Program-made: the position numbers and the translations under genes | Notes under the pieces: model-generated | What the model saw: only the letters and a program-made list of their open reading frames with translations | Told to the model about the DNA's origin: nothing | Databases searched by the model: none | Shown here: positions 52,986-64,000 of the stretch, in pieces | Layout: every line of letters starts with the position of its first letter | Position numbering within the stretch: the first letter of the stretch is position 1 | Assembly: GCA_021613535.1 (NCBI GenBank) | Contig: CP075492.1 | Span: forward strand, 10,292,001-10,356,000 | Source of the DNA: Adineta vaga | Taxonomy: Eukaryota; Animalia; Rotifera | DNA: 64,000 bases | Direction: 5' to 3'

Positions 52986-54620
52986 TTATACTAACGTAAG
53001 ACAGGTAATACGATAAAATATGTCAGAGAACAGCCGTATCATAAGCGTATACCACGGTTAAGAGGTTTATATGGATGTTGTATTCATCGTCCTGAATAAG
53101 TATTACATATGAAATTATGTAGTTGATTTTTTTATATTATTTCAGAGAAATTAACGTTTTATTAGTATGAGTATTATCGAATGAGTTGCTATGAAACCAA
53201 GAGTGCAGTTAGCACATATAAATATGTTTTGTTTTGGATAGCTTGAGCATCCTCAACTCAAACGGAGAATAACGAGAGATAAACAGTTTTCGAAATAAAT
53301 ATGCCTGAATGAGTAAAATATTCAATAGCATATTGCTAAAAAAAGCAAGCCAGAAATGAATCGTAAATATCAATATCTGTTTTGATGTTCTGATTGATAT
53401 TGATGTCCTCGCAAAATCATTCGTTTGTGTATTGATGGATTTTGCAACTTTTTGGATTAAAACACTTTTTTCGTTTGAAGAAATGAGAATAGGACGAAGT
53501 ACACCAAGACACAAAATATAAATTCAGTATTGATATAGATTGAAAGATCGATCACTCAAGTACATTTGAAGTCACGTGCATCTTTTTTGTATAGAGAAAA
53601 AAACATTTTCTAATTCGATGTCATGATAATTACAATCATTCAATAAAGCATCTTCTTTTCATGCACTATATCTGTTACAATCATCTATATATGATTTCAT
53701 TGATTGACGTGAATTATCAAGACCTCGAAGGAAAGAATGCAATCATCAATCACTCTATAATGAATCTATGAATAACAGTTGAAGATATTTATACTAGTTA
53801 AATATCCAAATATTCAGAAGTGTTGGTATACTAACTTTCATTTTAAAAGTTTACATAGTACGACAATCATCTAGATACTAATATTGAAATAAGCTTATTT
53901 TTCCTTCTTCTCACAAGACAAATATTTTAAATCGTTTTGTCCGTATATTACGATTATTTACATTATGAATAGCATTGTCAATAGCAGGTAACTGTCTCGA
54001 TTGTCTATTATATTATCTCTTTTTATGTTTTTCGTCTCGATTATAGGTGCTTATCTGTCGTATGTAACGCTTGACTAATTCTTTCTGTTGTGTCCTTTTC
54101 TTTTCTTGTATTTATTTCAGTAGAGTTTGTTTGTGCTTTCATTGGTACTTGCAACTTTGCACTCTTATTTATTATTTTGTCAACTTTTTCTTCTGTTAAC
54201 TTTCAAAACATTTTATTACTGGTCATTTCTATTGTGATTAACCGTTTGCAAAGTAAGTCAAGCTACACCTTTTCATAAAAAAAACTTGATAACATGAACT
54301 ATACAAGTGCATTTTAAGTTTACATAAAAACTTACCATCATTCATATATTGGAATCTTCACAAAAAGATATTCAAAAACATCTTCTCTGAGTGTATAATG
54401 ATTGAATCACACATTCCTAGACGTTCGCCACTATTTCTCTCTATAAGAACGTCACGGTAAATTATGTAATATCGAAAAACAATTGTTTCATATTAATCAA
54501 GGTTGATTCAGTGTTATTATCAATTATCATATCTACATGTGCCGAATCTTTTCAAGGTTCTTCCAAAATATTTATATTCTATTAACGAAAAGAGATTGTA
54601 CAAATAACTATTTTCTTTAG

Positions 54621-55834
54621 ATGACAGCTTTACAACAAAAAGGTCTATCACCCGATCGTGTTTGTAATCCAAATGATGTCAATTTTGTTGACCTTGAATG
54701 TCCAATATGCCATGATATTCTGTGGAAACCAGTGGCTTGTCAAGTTTGTGAAACACCTTTCTGTTCGCCCTGTATCCATCAATGGTTGAAAGGTGAAACA
54801 AAATGTCCAAATGGTTGTAAAACATATATTGAACGAAAATGTCCTCCATTTATCGCTAAATTACTTGCTCGATTACAAGTTTCTTGTTTTTATCAATCGA
54901 AGGGCTGCAGTCAAGTAATTTCACGATAGATTCGATTAAAATCGTCGTAATATTTTACTCTTTTGTTTTCTAGACTTGCTCTTATGAAGCATTGGAAAAG
55001 CATGAATCAGAGTGTAATTATCAAGTTATGCAGTGTCCTGGTTGTGAAACAAATTTGATGAGAAAAGACTTAACTGCTCATAAACGCAATTGTGGAGCAA
55101 TCAAAGTATCATGTAAAGATTGCAAAATGATATATAAACGAGGTGAATTTAATAAAAAACATACCCAAAATGCGTGTTTGAGAGAACAAGTTCGACAACT
55201 TCGAGAAGAAGCTGAAGAAAGTAAATACAGAATACAAATGTTAACAAGTCAAGTCAATGATTTAATCATATGGAAAAGTATATTTATAAAACCAGAATTA
55301 ATTTTCGTTAATTTATTCTTTTTAGGTCGTATAAGTCAAGAAAAAACAATCTCATTCGATGATTTACCACCTGCTATGGAAGAAACTCGTTGGCTTCCAT
55401 CTATATTCAAAGGATTAAAGTGGACGAAAATGGTCTACATGGCACGACCATATGCATTAACATCATATCCAACAAGTGGATATATGGCTGCATTTATTGC
55501 TTCAAGTAATCGTCATATAGCATTTTTTAATGAAGAAGCATCCATTAGTAGTGAAAAAGCTGATGAAAAATTCAATCTTGTTTCTATTTCGGTATGCGCT
55601 GCATGGAACGATAAATTGAAATTAACATTAACAGCTTATCGTAATTCCGATGAGGTAAGTACTCATACATCAATGCTTCATTTTGGTAAACCACAAAATA
55701 TATCACTTCAATGGCAAAATATCGACAAACTTATCCTTCAACCTATTGGTGAAAGTGGACTTGTAGAAAATCAAGAAGCAGCAAGTGATACACATTGCAT
55801 TATAACTCAAATAATACTAAATGAATCATCATGA
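54621..55834 (+). CDS. RING + TRAF-type zinc fingers + coiled coil + non-MATH C-terminal domain
   Basis: CPICHDILWKPVACQVCETPFCSPC RING and repeated H..C....C..C fingers. Introns 54915-54973 and 55278-55325. The last exon starts ISFDDLP and contains GLKW, SGY and AAWND.L. Confidence 0.85.
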
Positions 55835-56305
55835 TATGAAAATTTTCCATCTATAAATTGACATTTTTTATTTAAAATCGCTCTTTGGTTTTTCTTTTTC
55901 TTTTTTTCTATTGATAGTAGAGACTAACCAGAGTATATTTGTTTATAATTATTTTTTTCTCTTTTTAATCTATATTCTTCAATAGATACAATTTCAAAAT
56001 GTTAACTGCAATGAATTATGTCTTACTAACATGAAATATCATCATTAGTACCTTATGGTGCCCTTTTAATCGTTCTAAGTCAAAATTCAAATAATATACT
56101 TCCTGAATACGCCACGAAATTGAAGTGATTCGATAATGTTAAAAATAACGAAGAAAACAATTTTCATTAATATCACATAATTACGCTCCTTTTTCGTCTA
56201 TAAAATGACAAAGAATAAATGAAAAACAAAATCACATGAAAAGAAACAATCAATATTTCATTAATAATTAGAAATCAAATTACTAAGAAAAACAAAGTAA
56301 ATAGA

Positions 56306-58906
56306 TCAAGCAGTATTATCATCTGTAGATGACGAACAAGATGATGTCGCATCGATTGTTTTTGTTATATAATTTCGTAGTGATTGAACAAGATCAAGTT
56401 GTACTCCAGCTAGAGCAGCATTGATAATATATTGTGGTATCCATCCCTTAGGGAAGAAAATCGAAAATTTGATGTTAAAAATATGAAAATGTTCTTTTAC
56501 TTTTAAACTAGCATTAAGTATCCAAGTAAATTTACACGTTGTTTCATCGATTTCTTCGACAATATATGCTGTCGGTCCATTTTCCGCTCTTTTGATTAAT
56601 AAAATTAAGATGAATTTAACTAGAATCGAAGTTCACTTACCGAACACAACTAATCAAAGGAAATTAAATGGAAATAGAGTTTAAATGAAAGAAGAAAAAA
56701 AGAAAGAAAAAATCTTTTCTTCTTACTTTTCTTTCGGAGGCATCTCTGAATGAAGACAAGCTTGTGCTGCTAGTACCGTCACATCATCAATAAATCGACG
56801 AATAGTTAAATTCACAAAATCACGTTTAGCAATTAAACCTTGGGCTTGTTCACCAGTTAATTGATAACTATATGTATTGATAGAAACGAAAAACATGCCA
56901 TCAATGAAAATCTGTAACAATTACTTACGTTATATACAAATTATCGTGAATAACTTGTAATACCTAGTAGAAAGAAGAATAAAACGGTTCATATGTTTTT
57001 CGATATGTTTTATCTTCTTAGAATACTTGACAATCGATGACAGATGAACTCCATTTTGGAAAATCTTCTTGTCGTTCAAATAACATTTTCACAATTACAG
57101 GACGAGGTCCTGTTACTGTACCCTAATTAAATCGAAAAAAGAATTCGTTGCTTTATTCGATTTCTTACTGTTAATCGAAAAACTTTGCCCCATTTTGGAT
57201 ATGTTTTGGATACTACAATATCACATCCATCTTTACTTTTCGATTCATCATTCCAACCAGTTTCATCTTTGAAAATTTTCCATATTTCATCAATAATTTC
57301 GTTTGCTTGCTTTTCATACTCTTCCTTCTGAGTAATATCATCATCATCGTCATCATCAGACGATGATATCGGCGTTTCTAATGTTGATTGTGTTTCATTT
57401 TCATTGGGATCAGTCGTACGTGATGCTTCGTTTTGTATCTCGTTCGTATCACTACCTAGAACATAAAATAACCATAGGCTTGTTATTTTCCTTTGCATCA
57501 AGTGAAACAAATACTAAGATCCGTCTTACAAGGATTTGAAATGATAGATGTTGATGTCATTTAACAGAATTTCTTTTTGTCACAGAACAGATGATTCAAA
57601 AATATTTTTATATTTTTTTACAACACGATATCGTAGAATACATCTGTTATTATGGTAATTAACATTCGTAGAGAATCGTTGTGTTCTCTTCTTTTTTTTC
57701 TTCTCTTCTTTTTCCTTTGAGTCTAAGAAAAATATGGGCTGAGTATGGCGTGAGCCATCCCTCGACATACCATCGAGAGAATATATAAACGAATAGAACG
57801 ATTGATGCCGTTCATCACCAATTGTTACCGAATGATAGTTTGATAATAGACAAGTCGGAGATGTTGAATCAATTTCATACGCATTTATCAATAACTGTCG
57901 TTCGCCTTGATTTACTATAGAAAAGAAAAAGAAGAAAAAATCATTCATCGATCGAAATACAATTTCATGCATAATTTATTTTACATGCTTCTCTCAAACG
58001 ACGCTCATGTGGAATTACACGATAACTAAAAAGAATATTGAAAATCGATTCCATTTTTAAAATAAACGAAAATTACTCGAAAAACCATATTTCAATCCAT
58101 GCCAAAATAAATGATACAATCAATATAATATAATGCGTTATATTATTGTTTGATTTATTAATCTATTGGTTCGAAATGAAAATCAATGAAAATTTGATTT
58201 ATTCGAAAACTTACAGTAATTAGACAAGTTTTTCCAATGATAAATCCTGTCGAACCAAGAGTAGACACCTGTAAACAATATGATAAGAACTTCTTTCACA
58301 AGCCTACTTACTTACTTACTTACAGTAATAAAAATCCAATGCGACCATTTCAATACAGCATATGGTATTATCAAAATTAAACATCGAATTGCTGACAAAC
58401 CCTACGAAGGAATAACTCGATAGATTGGATACAATTTCTCGTTAATAGATGGCTTACTACTACATCAAACAGAGAAGTTCGTATGGAATAATGTATGACT
58501 TCAATTGAAAAAGCTTCATAAACAGTTATATTAAGTATCTAAAAATTTTTCAAATGATGTATCATTAAACAAAATAATTATGAACGAACTTGATTATATA
58601 TAATCCATAATAATAGCATAAAGATAGGATCAAATATGATCATTAATAGAAATGTTCGACGTACTTGGAACATTCGATTTTTTCGAACAATCGAATATGA
58701 AAATGATGATGAAATAGTTGCAGTTTGTCTTTCAATTAAAATCGAAACCAAAATGATCTATATTACAATATACAAACGTACAATGTCAATCGTCGATTTA
58801 ATGTTTCGATAGTCTATATTTTCTATTCGATAAAATACAAGATTTAAATGTCAAATATAATCCTTAAATCACATACATACCGATCAACGACTGTGCAAGT
58901 TCTCAT
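56306..58906 (-). CDS. STARD3: STARD3/MLN64 (MENTAL + START) sterol transfer protein
   Basis: VRRTF...FD...LLWI (MENTAL); START motifs WGKVFRL, GLIAKRDFVN, VRAENGP and LKGWIPQYII. The start codon is inferred from a phase-2 splice. Confidence 0.88.
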
Positions 58907-59626
58907 CACTGACACTGTTTAATCATTTACTCTTCCTTTTCTTTTCCCCCTAGAAAGCAAGTCTGTTAAAACAACCATACAATCTTTACATACAATATCA
59001 ATCAAATAGATAACAAATACGTTACCTTTGAGAGAACAAAACTCAAGCTATTACATAATCAACCGAAATAAATCTATTGTTAATTGAATATTCGTAGATT
59101 TTCGTAGATCTGTGAAATGTCATTTGTCAAAGAACAAAATTTATTCATAGAAAGATAATCAATGAGTAAAATATTTTGTGCTGGTTTTTAATAGAATTGA
59201 AATGAATGAATTATTCAGTATAAACAAGACTTACGTTTTGACATCTAATTCTATTATTAATAAAAATACAAAAATCAGCTACTAGTTAATGTCTTAAGGA
59301 AAAGGTTATATCATGAAAACAAAAAAGAATAGTAAGGCATAAGCAAATATTTTCTTATTCGTCATTTTGGAAGAAAAAAGAAAGGCAACGAACAAAAGTC
59401 TTGTTTTTAATATTATTACGTTGTTTAGTCTTGTTTATCACATTCATCAAACTGATAATTAGTAGAAGAAGAAGAAGAAAAAAGAAGATACAGTGTATTT
59501 GAGCCATCTATCACAAAGAAATGATAGAATTTAATGTATAAATCGAAGAACAGAAGAAATCAATTGTTTTTATTCATGAAAGAACTTTTGTGTCAATTGA
59601 ATGTATCAAGAAATAGATCAGTTGAT

Positions 59627-60348
59627 CTACTCAGTTTTCTTATTTTCGGTGTTGGTGTCACCGTCGACTGTAGATTCTTCAGAAGGATAAACACTAGGTT
59701 TTTCATCTGCTTTAAGTAGACGACCAACAATATCATATTTATCTATAAACGAAATATGAAAAAGACTTTATCATATTCAATAAAAAGAAATATCTACCTC
59801 GAAAGTCTTCATGCCAACTTCGAGCAGTAGATGTTTCATCTTTAGTTAAATCAGCAAGATCATCATATGTATCGGAAAATAATGATTGAGTCAACTGCAT
59901 TTTTGATAATGCTCGTGTTGCATCACGTCCAGCAAATAATGAATATGATCCACCTTAATTATACAAGATAGATAATGATTATATATATATGTATGTATAT
60001 ATGAGAGAAAAACAAAATACCTGGTCCGTACAAATCGCTTCTTCTGCTGACATCAAAAATATCTCCATAAATAGTTGTAAGAATTCGTCCTTCCGAATCG
60101 ACACCATTGTATTTACGTAATTGTTCAACAGTTAAATCTTGTTTAGGCATTTTAGGTAATTCTGGTGGCCTTTTTACTGAACTTGAAAATTCTTCTGGTT
60201 TTCGTCTTAATCGTAATAGTTTCACAAGTAAAAAGATGATTAATAGGACAAGAATAAGATTAATTGGACTTGTAACAATATCATAAATAAGACGTTGAAA
60301 TAATCCAAGAATTTTTCCTGTTAGTGTATCTTTAGATTCTGAATCCAT
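59627..60348 (-). CDS. PGRMC1: Membrane-associated progesterone receptor component (cytochrome b5-like MAPR)
   Basis: TM segment, LTVEQLRKYNG...GRIL, GDIFDVS, YGPGGSYSLFAGRDATRAL, DDLADL and KYDIVGRLLK. The paralog cannot be resolved. Confidence 0.92.
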
Positions 60349-60846
60349 GATTGATTTATATTGATCAAAAATAAGTTAAAGAATAAATGCGTAGTCCAAA
60401 AATAAGTAAGATGAAAACATCCAGATATGTCTTTTTAATATTCAACCAATCAAATAAATGCACGTTTAGATTGGTTAGAATACATACTATTAGGTATTCA
60501 TCAGATTAAAACCAAATCAAGAAAGAAGAAAAAAAAAGGCGAGCAAAGTTCGATCAAATTATTGAATAGAACAGATGCATAGTTAATAATCAAAATAATG
60601 ATCTCGAATTCTAACTCTTTTAACATACAGACTAAAAAGAATTATTTGAAGGAAAATCTATTTCATTGGAAATGATTGACATTTACAGTGATTCAACTAA
60701 ATTTTAAGTTAATATTTATCAATTTGTACTAAAAAAAAATCTCTATATAGATTAGCTTTATATGAATGACATTAGTCGTTTGATTTTCGTTACTAATGTA
60801 TACATATTTATTTTCTAAATCAAACAAAAGAAAACAAGAGCAAAAC

Positions 60847-61404
60847 TCAAAAACGATTGTAAATATCTTTGAATAACGATGGGTTCAATATATGTTCACC
60901 AACATGAGTAGGTACTTGTTCTTCTTCAACATCTGGTTCTATATCTGGTTCATCGAATTCATGTTCAGGATCAGGTACTTGAAGATCTGTATTGATAATG
61001 TGTTGTTTAGCAATTAAACTTAGACATTCAAATGTTCGTGGTTCATAAATAGCAAGATCGGCAAGAATAGCTGGTGATAATTGAATATTTTGTCTTGCGA
61101 GACTAGCTCTTAATGTATGTTGACGTAAGCCATGTTCACGTGCTGCAGCATCAACTCGTGTATCATGCAATTCAGCTTCAAAGATGGGTTTAAATAGACG
61201 ATTACGTGATGCAAGACGCCAACGGTTTCTTAGATAAGGATATGCTACTTTAAAACAACGTCGTCGTTGACCATCACTTTGAAATGTAAATCGAAAAGTT
61301 TCTAAACGCCACCATTTATTATCTGTTCGTTTGCCTGGAACTGTATCTTTTAATAACCATTGTGGTGTTGGTAATTTACGAAGTAAAGATGTAAGAAATA
61401 CCAT
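60847..61404 (-). CDS. MRPL20: Mitochondrial ribosomal protein bL20m, intronless
   Basis: MVFLT start, RVDAAAREHGL and ILADLAIYEPRTFECL. The upstream part of the listed ORF is probably non-coding. Confidence 0.88.
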   Translation of the reverse strand: MVFLTSLLRKLPTPQWLLKDTVPGKRTDNKWWRLETFRFTFQSDGQRRRCFKVAYPYLRNRWRLASRNRLFKPIFEAELHDTRVDAAAREHGLRQHTLRASLARQNIQLSPAILADLAIYEPRTFECLSLIAKQHIINTDLQVPDPEHEFDEPDIEPDVEEEQVPTHVGEHILNPSLFKDIYNRF

Positions 61405-61814
61405 ATTAGAACTATAAATATGAAGAAATATATATAATATTCGTACGTACAATAAGAAGTACAAATTTGAGTATAAGAAAACAGAGAATGTATTGGTTAA
61501 GTAACGATACCCTGGAAATCGATATAATGCAGAGAATCGAAAGATGACGCACACTGATGGTTTGTTAGATTCTATGGCAGACTTTCCGTAAAGACTAAGA
61601 TTATGTTGCACCAAAAATGTTTATCTATTCGAAACTTCTAAGGATGATGTAATAGAAGTACTACTATCTCATTTGACGTTGCCTGTTTATTACTTTAAAA
61701 AAAATCTACAATAAAATATCATGTTTGTTGAACTTAAAAATCGCAAAAAATGCGTGATTAATTTCATAATTGGACAGAAAAATGACTGGGTAGCATGAGA
61801 AACCTAAATTACAA

Positions 61815-63518
61815 TTAAACATTCATAGGAAATGTATCTGGTACATGATCTTTCTCAGCTTGTGACCATACTGGATGAATTTCTAAAGGTCGCAATGCTC
61901 GTGTAATTTCAACATGAATAATACAATCAAATTGTGTCGATAGATTAGCATCGAAATAGTGTGATTGTCGTTCAGTACGTGGACGATAGATAACACCAAT
62001 AGCTCGTTCTAAACGTTTTCTATGCAATTCTGTATGTAATTCTTTTGAAAGTTGTACAGATGGATTGTTTGAACGAAATAGAAGAAAATATTGACCATCA
62101 TTCATCAATGTTGAATCCTTTATCAGAGCTTCATGCAACAGATATTCGACACTTTCTGGTAATGATGGACGAACACGTTTAAAATCCGGATCCATATCCC
62201 AACTATCGGCTGCTGTTACTGTTCCTGTGAATGTTGTAAATCCAATATTAAATGTATTTCCTATACCAAATCGTTCACGTGCTAATTGTCCAATATTTAC
62301 TTCTCTTGCACGTCGCGAATCTGTTTCTCGTGCATCACCAACATGAGAATTATGAGCCTATTTGAAAATACAAAGAGAAACAATTAGATTGTATTGTTAG
62401 TGATCAGAAATCTTTTACCCAAATGACAGCTTTCGTTTCAGGTCCATTATGTTTCAATAAATCTTGTAAACAATCTATCATATGAGTATCTCGTATATTC
62501 CATGTAATTTCTCCACCTTCAAACATATGTCGATAATATTTTTCTGCTTCACGAACAATCTTTGCATTTTCCATTGCATAGAAACTTTCTTCCATTTCTG
62601 TTTCACTACTTTTACTGTCAGCCATACGTTTTGCATGACTTTCTAGCATTTTCTTTAACACTTCAATTGCCTCTTTTTCACAACTACAAGAAAGTTTCGT
62701 TGCAGCACAATAGCCATATTCTTGTTCGTCGGAATATCTCTCGAAACAACCATAACTTCTACGTGCTTGTTCAACAAGGTCTAAAAACGAACATAAAATT
62801 CATGATAAAAACAAATCGTGATATAAAACATTGAACAAACCAGGTTCATTTTTTTCGAGATATTTCAATACTTCTGCACGCGAAGATTCTAAACTGTACA
62901 GATCAATACCAAAGAAACCAACTTTCATCTTATTATCATTTTGGTTTTCATTATATTTTCGAAGCCAAGTGATAAAATCAAGGATAACTGTATTTCGCCT
63001 AAATGTAATCTTAATTATCGATTGAAATAAGAAGAGAATAAGGAATACAAACCACATCCATACTGGAAATCGTCTAAATTCTTTTAATGCATCCTCGGCA
63101 TCTTTAATTTTCGATGATGAAGCTAGTTGTTTTATCCAACGATTCACACGATATGCCGGTGGCCAATCAGCTTCACAAGCGATAACTGTAAAACCCTATT
63201 TAGAAGATATTAAAAATTAGATTCATTTTGAGAAAATGAGAGTTTATCTTATACTTTTTCTTGTATCAATCGTTTCGTAATCTCAGCTCTATGTAAATAA
63301 AATTCATGTGATCCTTAAAACAGACAAAATATTCACTTTTAGCATGATAAATATTTTGAAAACGTACCATGTGAAGCTTCACCGATCATTACTACTTTCG
63401 CATTACCAATTGCTGATAAAATTTGATCATAATCTGCTGATGTATTATTACGTAAACGTTGTGCATATTGTTGAATCAATTGTAAAGCTTTCGGATTTGT
63501 TTTCGATACTCCTGCCAT
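61815..63518 (-). CDS. Erythromycin esterase (Ere/TIKI-fold) family protein, bacterial type, 5 introns
   Basis: VMIGEASHGSHEFY, EADWP, RFPVWMWRN, GIDLYSL, WNIRDTHM, IWAHNSHVGDAR, RAIGVIYRP.TERQSHYF and PDTFP. Confidence 0.92.
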
Positions 63519-64000
63519 CGATGCTTTGTGAATAAATGAAAATGATATAGAGCCACTAACTAAAGTAAGTTAAATAATACCCTTGTTGAACCGTCGCTAC
63601 TTTCAATAAAATATATTCATCCATCGAACTTAGCGCTACGATACGATTGGATCTTCTAACTGTTCCCTTTTTACGACGAACAAACGTTCTCGTTCGTATA
63701 TTGTTTATTTATACTTATTTGTTTTTTTCTTATCGTGTCATTTCAAGAGATGAAAAGCTTGATTGATTTTTTTCTCGCTTCATCCTTGAGATTTTTCTCC
63801 TAAGGGTTTCATTTTATTTGGAAACGGTTATTTTTAATTAAATTATAGTATACACGTATACAACAGGTCATTCGATTAACTAAATGAATGAGAAAAAGAA
63901 AACATAAATAGATCAATAGACAGCAATAATCATCATAAACATCTGTTAGTCGTCGCACGAGATTGATCCCCTGCTGTGTCTGTCTACTATTGGAGACGAA

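Noticed and set aside
53209-53514. 101-aa minus-strand ORF in the long intergenic region
   Set aside because: Non-ATG start, no motif and no splice support.
61405-61614. 70-aa N-terminal extension of MRPL20 in the ORF track
   Set aside because: Non-ATG start, and the family-typical start MVFLT is at 61404, just after an acceptor-like AG.

Overview
Eukaryotic, AT-rich, gene-dense nuclear DNA with many very short (about 48-60 nt) GT-AG introns. The intron size, the metazoan housekeeping genes and the interspersed bacterial-type genes point to a bdelloid rotifer such as Adineta (inference). About 27 protein-coding loci were reconstructed by hand: EGR-type zinc finger (5'-truncated), DUF2238/YjdF, isochorismatase-family hydrolase, DDRGK1, SOAT/ACAT, two tandem IMPACT copies, NRARP-like ankyrin protein, small HEAT-like protein, FAM173 methyltransferase (frameshifted), HSF, an orphan small ORF, an F-BAR/STAC-like gene, xylulokinase, ULK3, EBP2, RRP40, KIFBP, BOLA1, DCP1, ANKEF1, STIP1, an intron-containing H2A variant, a RING-TRAF chimera, STARD3, PGRMC, MRPL20 and an erythromycin-esterase-family gene. 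There is also an EGF-TM pseudogene. Most notable: (1) four runs of co-directional genes only 45-150 bp apart, each downstream gene preceded by an apparently unpaired 3' splice acceptor, suggesting SL-trans-spliced operons; (2) a RING/TRAF E3 whose MATH domain is replaced, at a phase-1 intron, by a bacterial-looking domain; (3) a macroH2A-like histone fold with a long tail and no macro domain; (4) candidate horizontally acquired genes with 0, 4 and 5 introns; (5) tandem IMPACT genes that may be or have been one fused gene. No rRNA, tRNA, CRISPR array or intact transposon was recognised. All family calls come from recalled motifs, not database searches, and exon boundaries are manual.
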